Shown here piece after piece: positions 1 through 7,225 of a stretch of 11,904 nucleotides of DNA. Source of the stretch: an archaeon (lineage in GTDB: Archaea; Iainarchaeota; Iainarchaeia; Iainarchaeales; CSSED10-239); NCBI GenBank assembly GCA_035387745.1, contig DAOOON010000012.1, positions 2,137 to 14,040 on the forward strand, written 5' to 3'. Made by a program: the position numbers and the translations under genes. Position 1 is the first letter of the stretch. The number at the start of each line of letters is the position of its first letter. Below the pieces are notes generated by a model, which was given only the letters and a program-made list of their open reading frames with translations, was not told the DNA's origin and made no database searches.

Positions 1-1027
1 CTGGAGTTTTATAATTATAAATTAAATCTAAAATGTCTTTTTTATTTGCACTAAATGTATTTGGGCCTACAAAACCAATATATGTTTCGCTAACATCTAA
101 TCCTGTTGTGCCACCAGATATTCTTAAGTGATATGGATAATCAGAATTAGTACATAACCCATCATTCACTAATTCAATTGGGTCATTTATTGACAAATCT
201 CTATAACCCTCTATTTTTCCTGAATATATAGGATTTAATTTACTATAACTCAATGTAATTGCTGTTGCTGGAGCGGTAGCATTTGGAGACGCCTCTTGAG
301 CACCTTCCGGATTAGATGAAGAAAAAGGCACGCCATATGCATAATCTACATTATATAAATATTTTATTTTATAGTCATACTCAAGCCACCATTTGCTCTT
401 AGAAAGTCCATTTTTATAAATCAATTCGTTATCCATTCCTAAATCAGAATATCCGTCCTCTCGTTTAATTTCGGTCCGAGTCGATCCTTTTTCTGTAACA
501 TCTTGGCACACAAAAACATTATCTTGTTCCGTAGTACCAGCGCTTTTTGGTTTAAATACATACACATCTAAGCTTTTTGAATTACATTGTTCTGAATTAG
601 ATATATAATATTTGTGTGTTTTTAAATTATCACCGGGAGAAACACAAGATGCTTTTGAAGAACCCGAACACATCTGCCACGCATTTTTTCCTTCTTGTGA
701 ACCAACAACATATATTCCATTCATATAGCTTGCATAATTCTTTCTATATTCTAATGGTACAGAAACAACAATCCCCATAGACGTTAATCCTGTACCGGAT
801 TCTATATTTGTATTTATTATAATTTCCCCACAATTACCATATTGGTCTGACTTATCATACTTAATTAAATTAATTCCTGTTATTTTTAAATCTGAAACAC
901 CATAATCATTATCACACCCTGTTGGTTTTTCACCTTTTTGTCCAGGATTCTCAGCAAATACATTTGCCGCCATTAAAAAAATTGCAAATATTACAAAAAT
1001 TGATAAAATTATTTTTTTTGAATTCAT
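1..1027 (-). CDS. Secreted protein of unknown function, partial (N-terminus at 1027; frame continues past the window start)
   Basis: Absent from the supplied ORF track because it has no stop inside the window. My reverse-complement translation from the ATG at 1025-1027 stays open for all 342 codons down to position 1: MNSKKIILSIFVIFAIFLMAANVFA/ENPGQKGEKPTGCDNDYG... It has a Sec-type signal peptide (basic n-region, hydrophobic core, VFA cleavage-like site). There are 7 Cys in the visible mature part. A GAAGGAAG Shine-Dalgarno-like motif ends 5 nt upstream of the ATG. No family recognised. Confidence 0.6.
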   Translation of the reverse strand, partial: MNSKKIILSIFVIFAIFLMAANVFAENPGQKGEKPTGCDNDYGVSDLKITGINLIKYDKSDQYGNCGEIIINTNIESGTGLTSMGIVVSVPLEYRKNYASYMNGIYVVGSQEGKNAWQMCSGSSKASCVSPGDNLKTHKYYISNSEQCNSKSLDVYVFKPKSAGTTEQDNVFVCQDVTEKGSTRTEIKREDGYSDLGMDNELIYKNGLSKSKWWLEYDYKIKYLYNVDYAYGVPFSSSNPEGAQEASPNATAPATAITLSYSKLNPIYSGKIEGYRDLSINDPIELVNDGLCTNSDYPYHLRISGGTTGLDVSETYIGFVGPNTFSANKKDILDLIYNYKTP

Positions 1028-1104
1028 GGGTTCTTCCTTCTTTTCCTTTTTAAATTTAAATATATAACTTATACTAGTTAATTATTTGTTATTTTCTATA
1101 AAAT

Positions 1105-1142
1105 ATATATTCTTTAGTATTTATAAATATATTCTTTACTAT
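1105..1142. promoter_or_regulatory. Tandem 16-nt direct repeat (ATATATTCTTTA[G/C]TAT, 22-nt register) in the divergent intergenic region
   Basis: 1105-1120 atatattctttagtat and 1127-1142 atatattctttactat differ at one base. Each is preceded by a TATAAA-like element. The repeat lies in the 193-bp spacer between the divergent secreted-protein and corA-like genes. Confidence 0.3.
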
Positions 1143-1220
1143 ATTATTTATATATAAACATTTGTATTTATTTGCTTTTGTTTATTTATTTGACTGCTTG
1201 TTAAAAGGGGCGAAACTACA

Positions 1221-2183
1221 ATGATTGAAATTCTTAAATTTTCTGAACATGGCATTCAAAGACATGAAAGGCCTACAAAGGATGCTTGGATAAATGTGGT
1301 TAACCCTGACGCCTATGAAATAAAGTACTTGGCAGAAATCTGCAAAATTAAAGAAGTAGACTACCAAGAGTTTAAAGATGATATTAATTCTCTACAAGAT
1401 ATGGAAGAAATACCATATATGGAGAAATATAGACAAGAATATTTTATAATTACTAGAACACCACATAAACTTAAAAGCACAGACCCAGAAAGCAAATATA
1501 AGTCTGCTGTTGAGTATATTACTATCCCTTTAGGAATAATGATTAATAAAGACTACATTATTACTATAAGCTTTAGAGAAAACGAAAATGTAGATATTCT
1601 AAAGACAAAGAAATTTAAACATGAAAAAGCAATGGTTCTTCTTAAATTGCTTTTGGTTTCTTCAAAAACTTATATCAAATATCTAAAAGAAATAGATGCT
1701 AAGATAAAAAATATTGAAGAAAAGTTTGAAAGCGTTCAGAGAAACAAAGAAATTTCTGATCTTTTAGATCTTAAGAAGTCTCTTGTTTATTTTAATACAT
1801 CTTTAAAGAGTGATCAAATACTTCTTGAAAAGATTGCAAGAAATAAAGATTTTGTTAATTCTGAAGATGACAAAGATGTTATTGACGATGTAATTGACGA
1901 GAATAAACAGGCAATTGTTGTTACTGCAATCTATAAAAATATTATTGCAGATGCAACAGATCTCTTTAATTCTGTTATTTCTAACAACCTTAACAAAACC
2001 TTAAAATTATTGACATCTATTACTGTTGTTATTGCAATACCAACATTAGTTGCAAGCATCTATGGTATGAATGTGACTTTGCCATTTGATCACAGCAAAT
2101 ATGCGTTTATTATTGTTATGGGAATAATTGCTATTCTTTCAACACTTGGCATAGCGATACTTTGGAAACATGACATGTTTTAG
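1221..2183 (+). CDS. corA: CorA-family magnesium/divalent cation channel
   Basis: 320 aa. The C-terminal YGMNV (GMN signature of CorA-type 2-TM channels) sits between two hydrophobic helices (LLTSITVVIAIPTLVASIYGMN and FIIVMGIIAILSTLGIAILW). A long soluble N-terminal domain is typical of CorA. A GGGG Shine-Dalgarno-like motif lies 10 nt before the ATG. Confidence 0.88.
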   Translation: MIEILKFSEHGIQRHERPTKDAWINVVNPDAYEIKYLAEICKIKEVDYQEFKDDINSLQDMEEIPYMEKYRQEYFIITRTPHKLKSTDPESKYKSAVEYITIPLGIMINKDYIITISFRENENVDILKTKKFKHEKAMVLLKLLLVSSKTYIKYLKEIDAKIKNIEEKFESVQRNKEISDLLDLKKSLVYFNTSLKSDQILLEKIARNKDFVNSEDDKDVIDDVIDENKQAIVVTAIYKNIIADATDLFNSVISNNLNKTLKLLTSITVVIAIPTLVASIYGMNVTLPFDHSKYAFIIVMGIIAILSTLGIAILWKHDMF

Positions 2184-2210
2184 AGCTAATTCTTAAAAAA
2201 ATAAAAAAAG

Positions 2211-2232
2211 ATTTGCCCAATATTGGGCAAAT
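2211..2232. terminator. Perfect 22-bp palindrome, candidate bidirectional intrinsic terminator between convergent genes
   Basis: ATTTGCCCAAT|ATTGGGCAAAT is fully self-complementary, with a GC core GCCC/GGGC. On the minus-strand sense it is followed by CTTTTTTTATTTTTTT. On the plus-strand sense it is preceded by the matching A-tract and followed by a T-rich stretch. It sits in the 60-nt gap between the corA stop (2183) and the stop of the 162-aa gene (2244). Confidence 0.6.
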
Positions 2233-2243
2233 ATACTATTATT

Positions 2244-2732
2244 CTATTGCCCTTTAAAAAGAGCAACCATATCTTTTTGCTTCTGGAATAAATATATTGA
2301 TAAAAAAATAATAAACCCATAGAACGCAATCAGAGTTAAAGAAATTAATCCTAAAACTGGCATAGTAAATAAAAGAATAATTGAAGGAATAATCCCTGTT
2401 AGTGCTAATATCCCTGCAAAAATGTATAACGGAATTAATAACATAATTCTTGCGTAGTTTTTATAGGTCCCAAAACCATAAGCCACTAAAAATGAGTAAA
2501 TCGCAATAATTATCATTATAACGCCCACAACACCTGTTGCTTTACTTGCAAAACTATTAATTTCGCCAATTTCAGAAAACATTGGATTTGCGCCAGTTAA
2601 AGAATTCAACATTGTTGGCGAAATAAAAATTAATATCCCAAAAATTACAAAGATTGCTCCCGCCCCCCAATGCGAAATTGCAACTAATTTTGCAATATAT
2701 TGACTTAAAGATAACTCTCCTAGTTTTTTCAT
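2244..2732 (-). CDS. Small polytopic membrane protein, unknown function
   Basis: 162 aa with at least four long hydrophobic segments (e.g. GAIFVIFGILIFISP, VVGVIMIIIAIYSFLVAYGF, IMLLIPLYIFAGILALTGIIPSIILLF, LGLISLTLIAFYGFIIFLSIYLF). GGGGG motif 6 nt upstream of the ATG. No family recognised. Confidence 0.7.
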   Translation of the reverse strand: MKKLGELSLSQYIAKLVAISHWGAGAIFVIFGILIFISPTMLNSLTGANPMFSEIGEINSFASKATGVVGVIMIIIAIYSFLVAYGFGTYKNYARIMLLIPLYIFAGILALTGIIPSIILLFTMPVLGLISLTLIAFYGFIIFLSIYLFQKQKDMVALFKGQ

Positions 2733-2782
2733 AAATTTCCCCCGTTTATAATTTATATTACTTAATTGATATATCTTTTAGT

Positions 2783-3553
2783 TTAAATATCTTTCTTTTT
2801 CCCAGATACAAAGAAAATCGTCTTCTTCTCAAAAATATTTGTAATCTCTAATTTTTCATTTCTTATATTTCTGTGTCCAATTAAAGAGATATGATTCTCT
2901 TTAAACCAACCTTTTACTTCTCTTAATGTGTGATAACTTTCATGTGGCACAGCATAACGATCATAAAGAGTTGATTTTGGTGCTTTCTGGTTTTTGTTAA
3001 TTTTGTAAACAAAAGCTATTATTTTATCTGGATCTTTTGAAACAAGATTACGAAGAAAAAATCGCTGTAAACGATATTTGGTTCTAGAGTATTTGTGATA
3101 TAGCCCAATAATAATTATGCCTTTCCTTTTTAGTTGCCCAACAATTCGTGAAAAAGATTTTTTTGGATTTTCTGTGTGATGGAGGACACCAAGACAAACT
3201 ATTATATCAAATTTGCCAAGCTCTTCGAGCGGGTATTTTAAAATGTCTTTTTCTTTAAAAACTAGGTTTTTAACTTTATCTTTATTTGCCTTCTTTCTTG
3301 ACTCTTCAAGTTGACCTTTTGAAAAGTCGATTGCTACAACCTCTTTAGCTCCTGCTTTTGCAAAAAAAATAGATTTTTCGCCAGTTCCACAACCTGCATC
3401 AAGTATTCTTTTGTCTTTTAGGTCTTTTTCTTTAAGGCCAGCAGTCTCAAGGATGCCTAATATTATCTTTTTATTTGTTCTTTTCTGATTAGAAGTATAT
3501 TGGTTAGCTTTAGGATATTGATATTTATTATAAAACTCTTTAACTGATTGCAT
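2783..3553 (-). CDS. Class I SAM-dependent methyltransferase
   Basis: 256 aa. Motif I is ILDAGCGTGEKS. An acidic residue ends beta-2 (VVAIDFS). The post-motif FDIIVCLGVLHH is typical of the Methyltransf_11/25-type Rossmann fold. Substrate not inferable. Confidence 0.85.
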   Translation of the reverse strand: MQSVKEFYNKYQYPKANQYTSNQKRTNKKIILGILETAGLKEKDLKDKRILDAGCGTGEKSIFFAKAGAKEVVAIDFSKGQLEESRKKANKDKVKNLVFKEKDILKYPLEELGKFDIIVCLGVLHHTENPKKSFSRIVGQLKRKGIIIIGLYHKYSRTKYRLQRFFLRNLVSKDPDKIIAFVYKINKNQKAPKSTLYDRYAVPHESYHTLREVKGWFKENHISLIGHRNIRNEKLEITNIFEKKTIFFVSGKKKDI

Positions 3554-3584
3554 AATTATGAGATTTAGAAATATTTTATTGAGC

Positions 3585-4538
3585 TTATTTCTTCTTTTTT
3601 CTAGAATATGCTTTTATCTTTGACCATAGAGACAATAAAACAATGCCAGAAACAGCACCTGCCCCAACACCTGCAATATTACCAAATAGTTTAGATTCTT
3701 TCTGCACAAAATTTAGAACTTCTCTTGATTGTCTTGGATTTTTTGAATCTTCGTTATAGATTTCTAAACTTTTTATTACTTCGTTTAATCCTTTAATTAC
3801 TTTAGGGTTATTACCAAATCTTGCAGCAAATTCTTCAACAGATAAACTAGACAAATAATTAATTCTTGCTGTATCGTTTAGTTCTTTCATTTTAAGCGCA
3901 ACTTCTTCAGAGAATTTGTCACTAGTCTTTAATTCTTTTACAATATCTGCATATATATTGTCTAGCTGTGCCTTCTCAGAAGAATATAATTTATCATATA
4001 TGTATCTTAATTTTGCAACGCCTAAATCAAGTTTAGAAATTTTATCTCCATTCCAAAAATATACTTCTTCTGGCTTTGCGTTTTTGTTTAATTCAGTTAC
4101 TTTCTTCTCAATAATTTTATCTAATCTTTCAAAGTTTGCATTTTGTTTTTTTTCTATCTCTGTGGCTTTTTTTACATCCATTTCTAAAGCTACAATTTTA
4201 TTTTGTTTTTCATCATAAAAATATAGTTTTCTTTTAATTTCTTTGTTTTTACTTCTTAACAACTTCTGTGAATATTCTTTTTTTGCATTAGTATTTAATT
4301 CAGTAATTCTTTGACCAACAGATTTAATTTCAGAAAGATAATTGCCTTTTGCCAAAACTATATTTTGGTTTACAATTGATGGTTTAGTTGCAGAATATAC
4401 TTTCTTTCCCACATAATAAGATGGGGCAGCTGCTAGCGTTCCAATAAGTGCACCCATCGCAACTTTCTTTCCTACCTTTTTTGCAGTTATTCCTATTCTA
4501 CTACCAATTGTTGATTTTGGTTTAGGTTTTGGTGACAT
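3585..4538 (-). CDS. Hypothetical protein with N- and C-terminal hydrophobic anchors and a Lys/Glu-rich helical middle
   Basis: 317 aa. Hydrophobic segments at about residues 26-43 (VAMGALIGTLAAAPSYYV) and 287-305 (NIAGVGAGAVSGIVLLSLW), followed by a KKKK tail. The motif [TK]ELN-x-[NT]A[KR] occurs at residues 79, 149 and 219. GAGGGA Shine-Dalgarno-like motif upstream. Confidence 0.7.
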   Translation of the reverse strand: MSPKPKPKSTIGSRIGITAKKVGKKVAMGALIGTLAAAPSYYVGKKVYSATKPSIVNQNIVLAKGNYLSEIKSVGQRITELNTNAKKEYSQKLLRSKNKEIKRKLYFYDEKQNKIVALEMDVKKATEIEKKQNANFERLDKIIEKKVTELNKNAKPEEVYFWNGDKISKLDLGVAKLRYIYDKLYSSEKAQLDNIYADIVKELKTSDKFSEEVALKMKELNDTARINYLSSLSVEEFAARFGNNPKVIKGLNEVIKSLEIYNEDSKNPRQSREVLNFVQKESKLFGNIAGVGAGAVSGIVLLSLWSKIKAYSRKKKK

Positions 4539-4592
4539 AATTCTTCCCTCTTAAATATTTATTTTCTGCTTAAAGACAAAAGAACAAAACAC

Positions 4593-4600
4593 TTTATATT
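4593..4600 (+). promoter_or_regulatory. TATA-box-like element positioned for a leaderless transcript of the 4623 gene
   Basis: TTTATATT is centred about 26 nt upstream of the ATG at 4623. There is no Shine-Dalgarno-like purine motif between it and the ATG. The geometry matches an archaeal TATA-to-TSS distance. The AT-rich background makes chance occurrence likely. Confidence 0.3.
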
Positions 4601-4622
4601 TGTTTTCTTTTTTAATGAGTAT

Positions 4623-6110
4623 ATGGCTTTATTAAAAGAGCAAGAAAAACTATCTTTTCTTCTTGAAAAATCAATTGCAAATCTTACAAAAGATAAATCT
4701 AAAAGCTATGGTTTACTTTTCAGTGGCGGTGTTGATTCTTGTCTTCTGGCTCTTCTTTTAAAAAAACAAAAAGCTAAGTTTACTTGTTTTTTTGCATATG
4801 TTAAAGATAATACCGAGGCCAAAGACCTGGCTTTTGCAAAAAAAGCAGCAAAAGAACTTGATTTAAAACTTGAAATAATCTCTGCGGACAGAAAAGAGAT
4901 TTCAACTATTCTTCCTAAGATTATTGATATAATTGATTCTACTAATCCTGTTTCTGTGGGAATTGCAATTCCGATTTATCTCTCTTCTAGAAAAGCAAAA
5001 ACCAAAAAGATTGATACAATTTTTTCAGGTCTTGGTTCTGATGAGCTGTTTGCTGGCTATAGCAGATTTACTACTTATAATCAAAAGACCGAAACAAAAA
5101 AATGCCTTGATAATATTCAAAAGGACAATCTCGATAGAGATGAGGCAATTGTAAAACATTTTAAATTAGCAATTAAATGCCCATATCTTGATAAAGCAGT
5201 TATTGATTATGCTTTAACTTTGCCTCCAAGGCTTTTTATTTCTTCAAAACAAAATAAAATAATTATTCGTAAAATTGCAAAAAACTTAGGGCTCTCTACA
5301 GGGCTTGCAGAAAGAAAAAAACTTGCTTGTCAATACGGTAGTAATTCTGATAGAACACTTAAAAAACTTGCAAAAGCTAAAAAATTTAAAACAAAAAGCG
5401 AATATCTTTCTTCTTTTAAAAAAGAAAAAGTTGGCGTGCTTTTCTCCGGAGGTAAAGACTCTAATCTTTCATTATGGCTTGCACAAAAGGACAGAAAAGA
5501 GATCTCTTGTCTTATCTCTTTAATTCCAGAGAATGTTGACTCCTATATGTTTCAAACACCAGAAGTTAATTTCCTAAAAATGCAGGCTTTTGCTTTAGAT
5601 ATACCTCTTCTTGTTACTAAAACAAAAGGACAAAAAGAAAAAGAACTTGTTGATCTCAGAAAAGCAATAGTTTTTGCTAAAGCAAAATTTGGATTAAATG
5701 GAATTGTTGCTGGAGCTCTTTATAGCAATTATCAAAAGGACAGAATAGAAAAGATCTGTAAAGATCTGAATTTAAAATTGATTGCGCCTCTTTGGCATAT
5801 GAAAGAAGAAGATGAAATAAAATTGCTTTTAGATAATAATTTTAAATTTATTATATGTAAGATTGCTGCTTTTGGTTTTTCTAAAGAAATGCTTGGTAAA
5901 GTAATTGATTACAAAGATTTAGAGGAATTAAAAAAACTAAATAGAAAATACCAAACAAATATTGCAGGAGAAGGGGGAGAATATGAAACTCTTGTTCTTG
6001 ATACTCCGATATTTAAAAAAAGAATTATCATTTTAGAAAGCCAGAAAACCATGCAAAATGAATTTACAGGAAACCTAATTATTAAAAAGATAAAACTAGA
6101 AAAAAAATAA
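4623..6110 (+). CDS. Fusion protein: asparagine-synthetase-like PP-loop domain (N) plus Dph6/MJ0570-type diphthine-ammonia ligase-like PP-loop domain (C)
   Basis: 495 aa. N-terminal half: PP-loop LLFSGGVDSC plus FSGLGSDELFAGY, the hallmark of the AsnB synthetase domain, with no glutaminase domain. C-terminal half (from about residue 268, nt ~5424): second PP-loop VLFSGGKDSN and GEGGEYETLVLD, the signature of the MJ0570/Dph6 ATP-binding family. Confidence 0.85.
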   Translation: MALLKEQEKLSFLLEKSIANLTKDKSKSYGLLFSGGVDSCLLALLLKKQKAKFTCFFAYVKDNTEAKDLAFAKKAAKELDLKLEIISADRKEISTILPKIIDIIDSTNPVSVGIAIPIYLSSRKAKTKKIDTIFSGLGSDELFAGYSRFTTYNQKTETKKCLDNIQKDNLDRDEAIVKHFKLAIKCPYLDKAVIDYALTLPPRLFISSKQNKIIIRKIAKNLGLSTGLAERKKLACQYGSNSDRTLKKLAKAKKFKTKSEYLSSFKKEKVGVLFSGGKDSNLSLWLAQKDRKEISCLISLIPENVDSYMFQTPEVNFLKMQAFALDIPLLVTKTKGQKEKELVDLRKAIVFAKAKFGLNGIVAGALYSNYQKDRIEKICKDLNLKLIAPLWHMKEEDEIKLLLDNNFKFIICKIAAFGFSKEMLGKVIDYKDLEELKKLNRKYQTNIAGEGGEYETLVLDTPIFKKRIIILESQKTMQNEFTGNLIIKKIKLEKK

Positions 6111-6111
6111 A

Positions 6112-6119
6112 TTTATAAA
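6112..6119 (+). promoter_or_regulatory. TATA-box-like element upstream of the 6146 gene (near-leaderless geometry)
   Basis: TTTATAAA is centred about 30 nt upstream of the ATG at 6146, with no Shine-Dalgarno-like motif in between. Confidence 0.25.
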
Positions 6120-6145
6120 CTATTTGAGCTTAATTTTGATAGAAT

Positions 6146-6955
6146 ATGGCAGCAATTTTAGCACACATGCAATTTGTAAGAGATGCAGTTAAAGAAAACC
6201 CTAAACTTTTTTCAAAATCTGATTTAAAATATCTACTACAGGGTGCTACATATCCTGATATTTATTATATTACTGGCCTTAGAAGCATAACTAAAAAACC
6301 TAATTTTAGTAAATTTGTTCACGAAACCATGGATGAAGATTATAGCTTTGCAAAATTATTACTTGAAAGAGCAAAAAATCAACAAGAAAAACTTTTTGCA
6401 TTAGGCTTTATATCTCATTTTGTTCTGGATAAACACATTCATAATTATATTAATAGTACAGAACTCGCGCATAGTGTAAAACATCTGGTTTCAGAATATT
6501 ATTTAGATACAAAATTTAAAAATCAAAAAATACCTATCCCTAGATATCCTTTAAAATTAATTAAAACTTGTTTTAAAGAATATTATCCTATGGATTATGA
6601 GAAGTTTAAAAAAAGAATAAAGCTATCAATAAACAGCATAATTTTCTATGATTTTGCAAATAGATTTCTAATTAAGAAAATAGTAAATGCAAGATATAGA
6701 AAAGGAAAATATAAAACAAGATTATCTCTTCTAAATGTCCCTTTTAAACTCGCAAGACTATCTAAATATCAAAAATTCGGATATGATTATAGGGCTTTAT
6801 TAAACCCAGATATTTCTATTAAAATAGAACACACAGAAAAAATGTATAAATTATTTTTAAAAGCAAAAGAAGAGTTTATAGATTTGGTTATTGATTATGA
6901 ACTTCACATCTCGGATTATACTTCTAAACAAAAGAGAATTATAGATTTCGGATAA
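6146..6955 (+). CDS. Hypothetical protein, possibly a metal-dependent hydrolase (zinc-dependent phospholipase C-like His/Asp pattern)
   Basis: 269 aa, soluble. N-terminal ILAHMQF, then GATYPD, then LGFISHFVLDKHIH. This resembles the H...PD...HxxxDxxxH arrangement of small bacterial and archaeal Zn-dependent PLC-family proteins. The functional call is weak. Confidence 0.55.
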   Translation: MAAILAHMQFVRDAVKENPKLFSKSDLKYLLQGATYPDIYYITGLRSITKKPNFSKFVHETMDEDYSFAKLLLERAKNQQEKLFALGFISHFVLDKHIHNYINSTELAHSVKHLVSEYYLDTKFKNQKIPIPRYPLKLIKTCFKEYYPMDYEKFKKRIKLSINSIIFYDFANRFLIKKIVNARYRKGKYKTRLSLLNVPFKLARLSKYQKFGYDYRALLNPDISIKIEHTEKMYKLFLKAKEEFIDLVIDYELHISDYTSKQKRIIDFG

Positions 6956-6990
6956 ATCAGAAATCAGAAAACGCATTTTTAGAATTCTGT

Positions 6991-7017
6991 TTATCATCAA
7001 GTTGATAATATTTTTTT
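6991..7017 (+). terminator. Weak hairpin plus T7 run downstream of the 6146-6955 gene
   Basis: TTATCA(6991-6996)/TGATAA(7003-7008) form 6-bp arms, followed by TATTTTTTT. The stem is all-AT apart from one pair and is thermodynamically weak. The T-run alone could act as an archaeal termination signal. Confidence 0.3.
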
Positions 7018-7225
7018 GTAATTCTACTATTTCTTTTTTTAGTTCAGAAATCTTTTTTTATCTAATTTTGATTCTGAAATTAAGCGCTTAATATCTATCT
7101 GTAAAATTAAAGTCTGTCTTTAAATCTTTTTTATTATTTTTTAACTATCTTTTAAGTTTGGTGGAGCTAATATATCTAGAAGTACTAGATAGATACCTGA
7201 CTGGCTTTTTAGGATTTATAGGCAT

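Noticed and set aside
3916-4218. Shadow ORFs in the six-frame track that lie antisense to, or out of frame within, well-supported genes: 1182-1367(-), 3916-4218(+), 4933-5154(+), 5305-5523(+), 9282-9512(+), 9860-10063(+), 10171-10353(+), 10435-10623(+) and 11276-11470(+).
   Set aside because: Each is fully or mostly embedded in a longer ORF that has recognisable motifs or paralogy. Their translations are Phe/Leu/Ile/Ser-rich low-complexity strings, typical of the complement of Lys/Glu/Asn-rich AT-rich coding sequence. None has an RBS or promoter context.
6956-7008. Candidate archaeal C/D-box sRNA on the minus strand: UGAUGA (complement of 7000-7005) followed by two CUGA boxes (complements of 6964-6967 and 6957-6960).
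   Set aside because: Only about 26 nt separate the C-like box from the first CUGA. There are no recognisable internal D'/C' boxes and no complementary terminal stem flanking the boxes. The element also overlaps the stop region of the 6146-6955 gene. These short motifs are expected by chance.
7079-7092. Perfect 14-bp palindrome ATTAAGCGCTTAAT in the convergent spacer, as a possible operator site.
   Set aside because: In DNA this AT-rich, a rough estimate (about 0.3 match probability per pair, 7 pairs, about 12,000 positions) predicts a few such palindromes per window by chance. It sits between two gene 3' ends, where an operator makes little sense.
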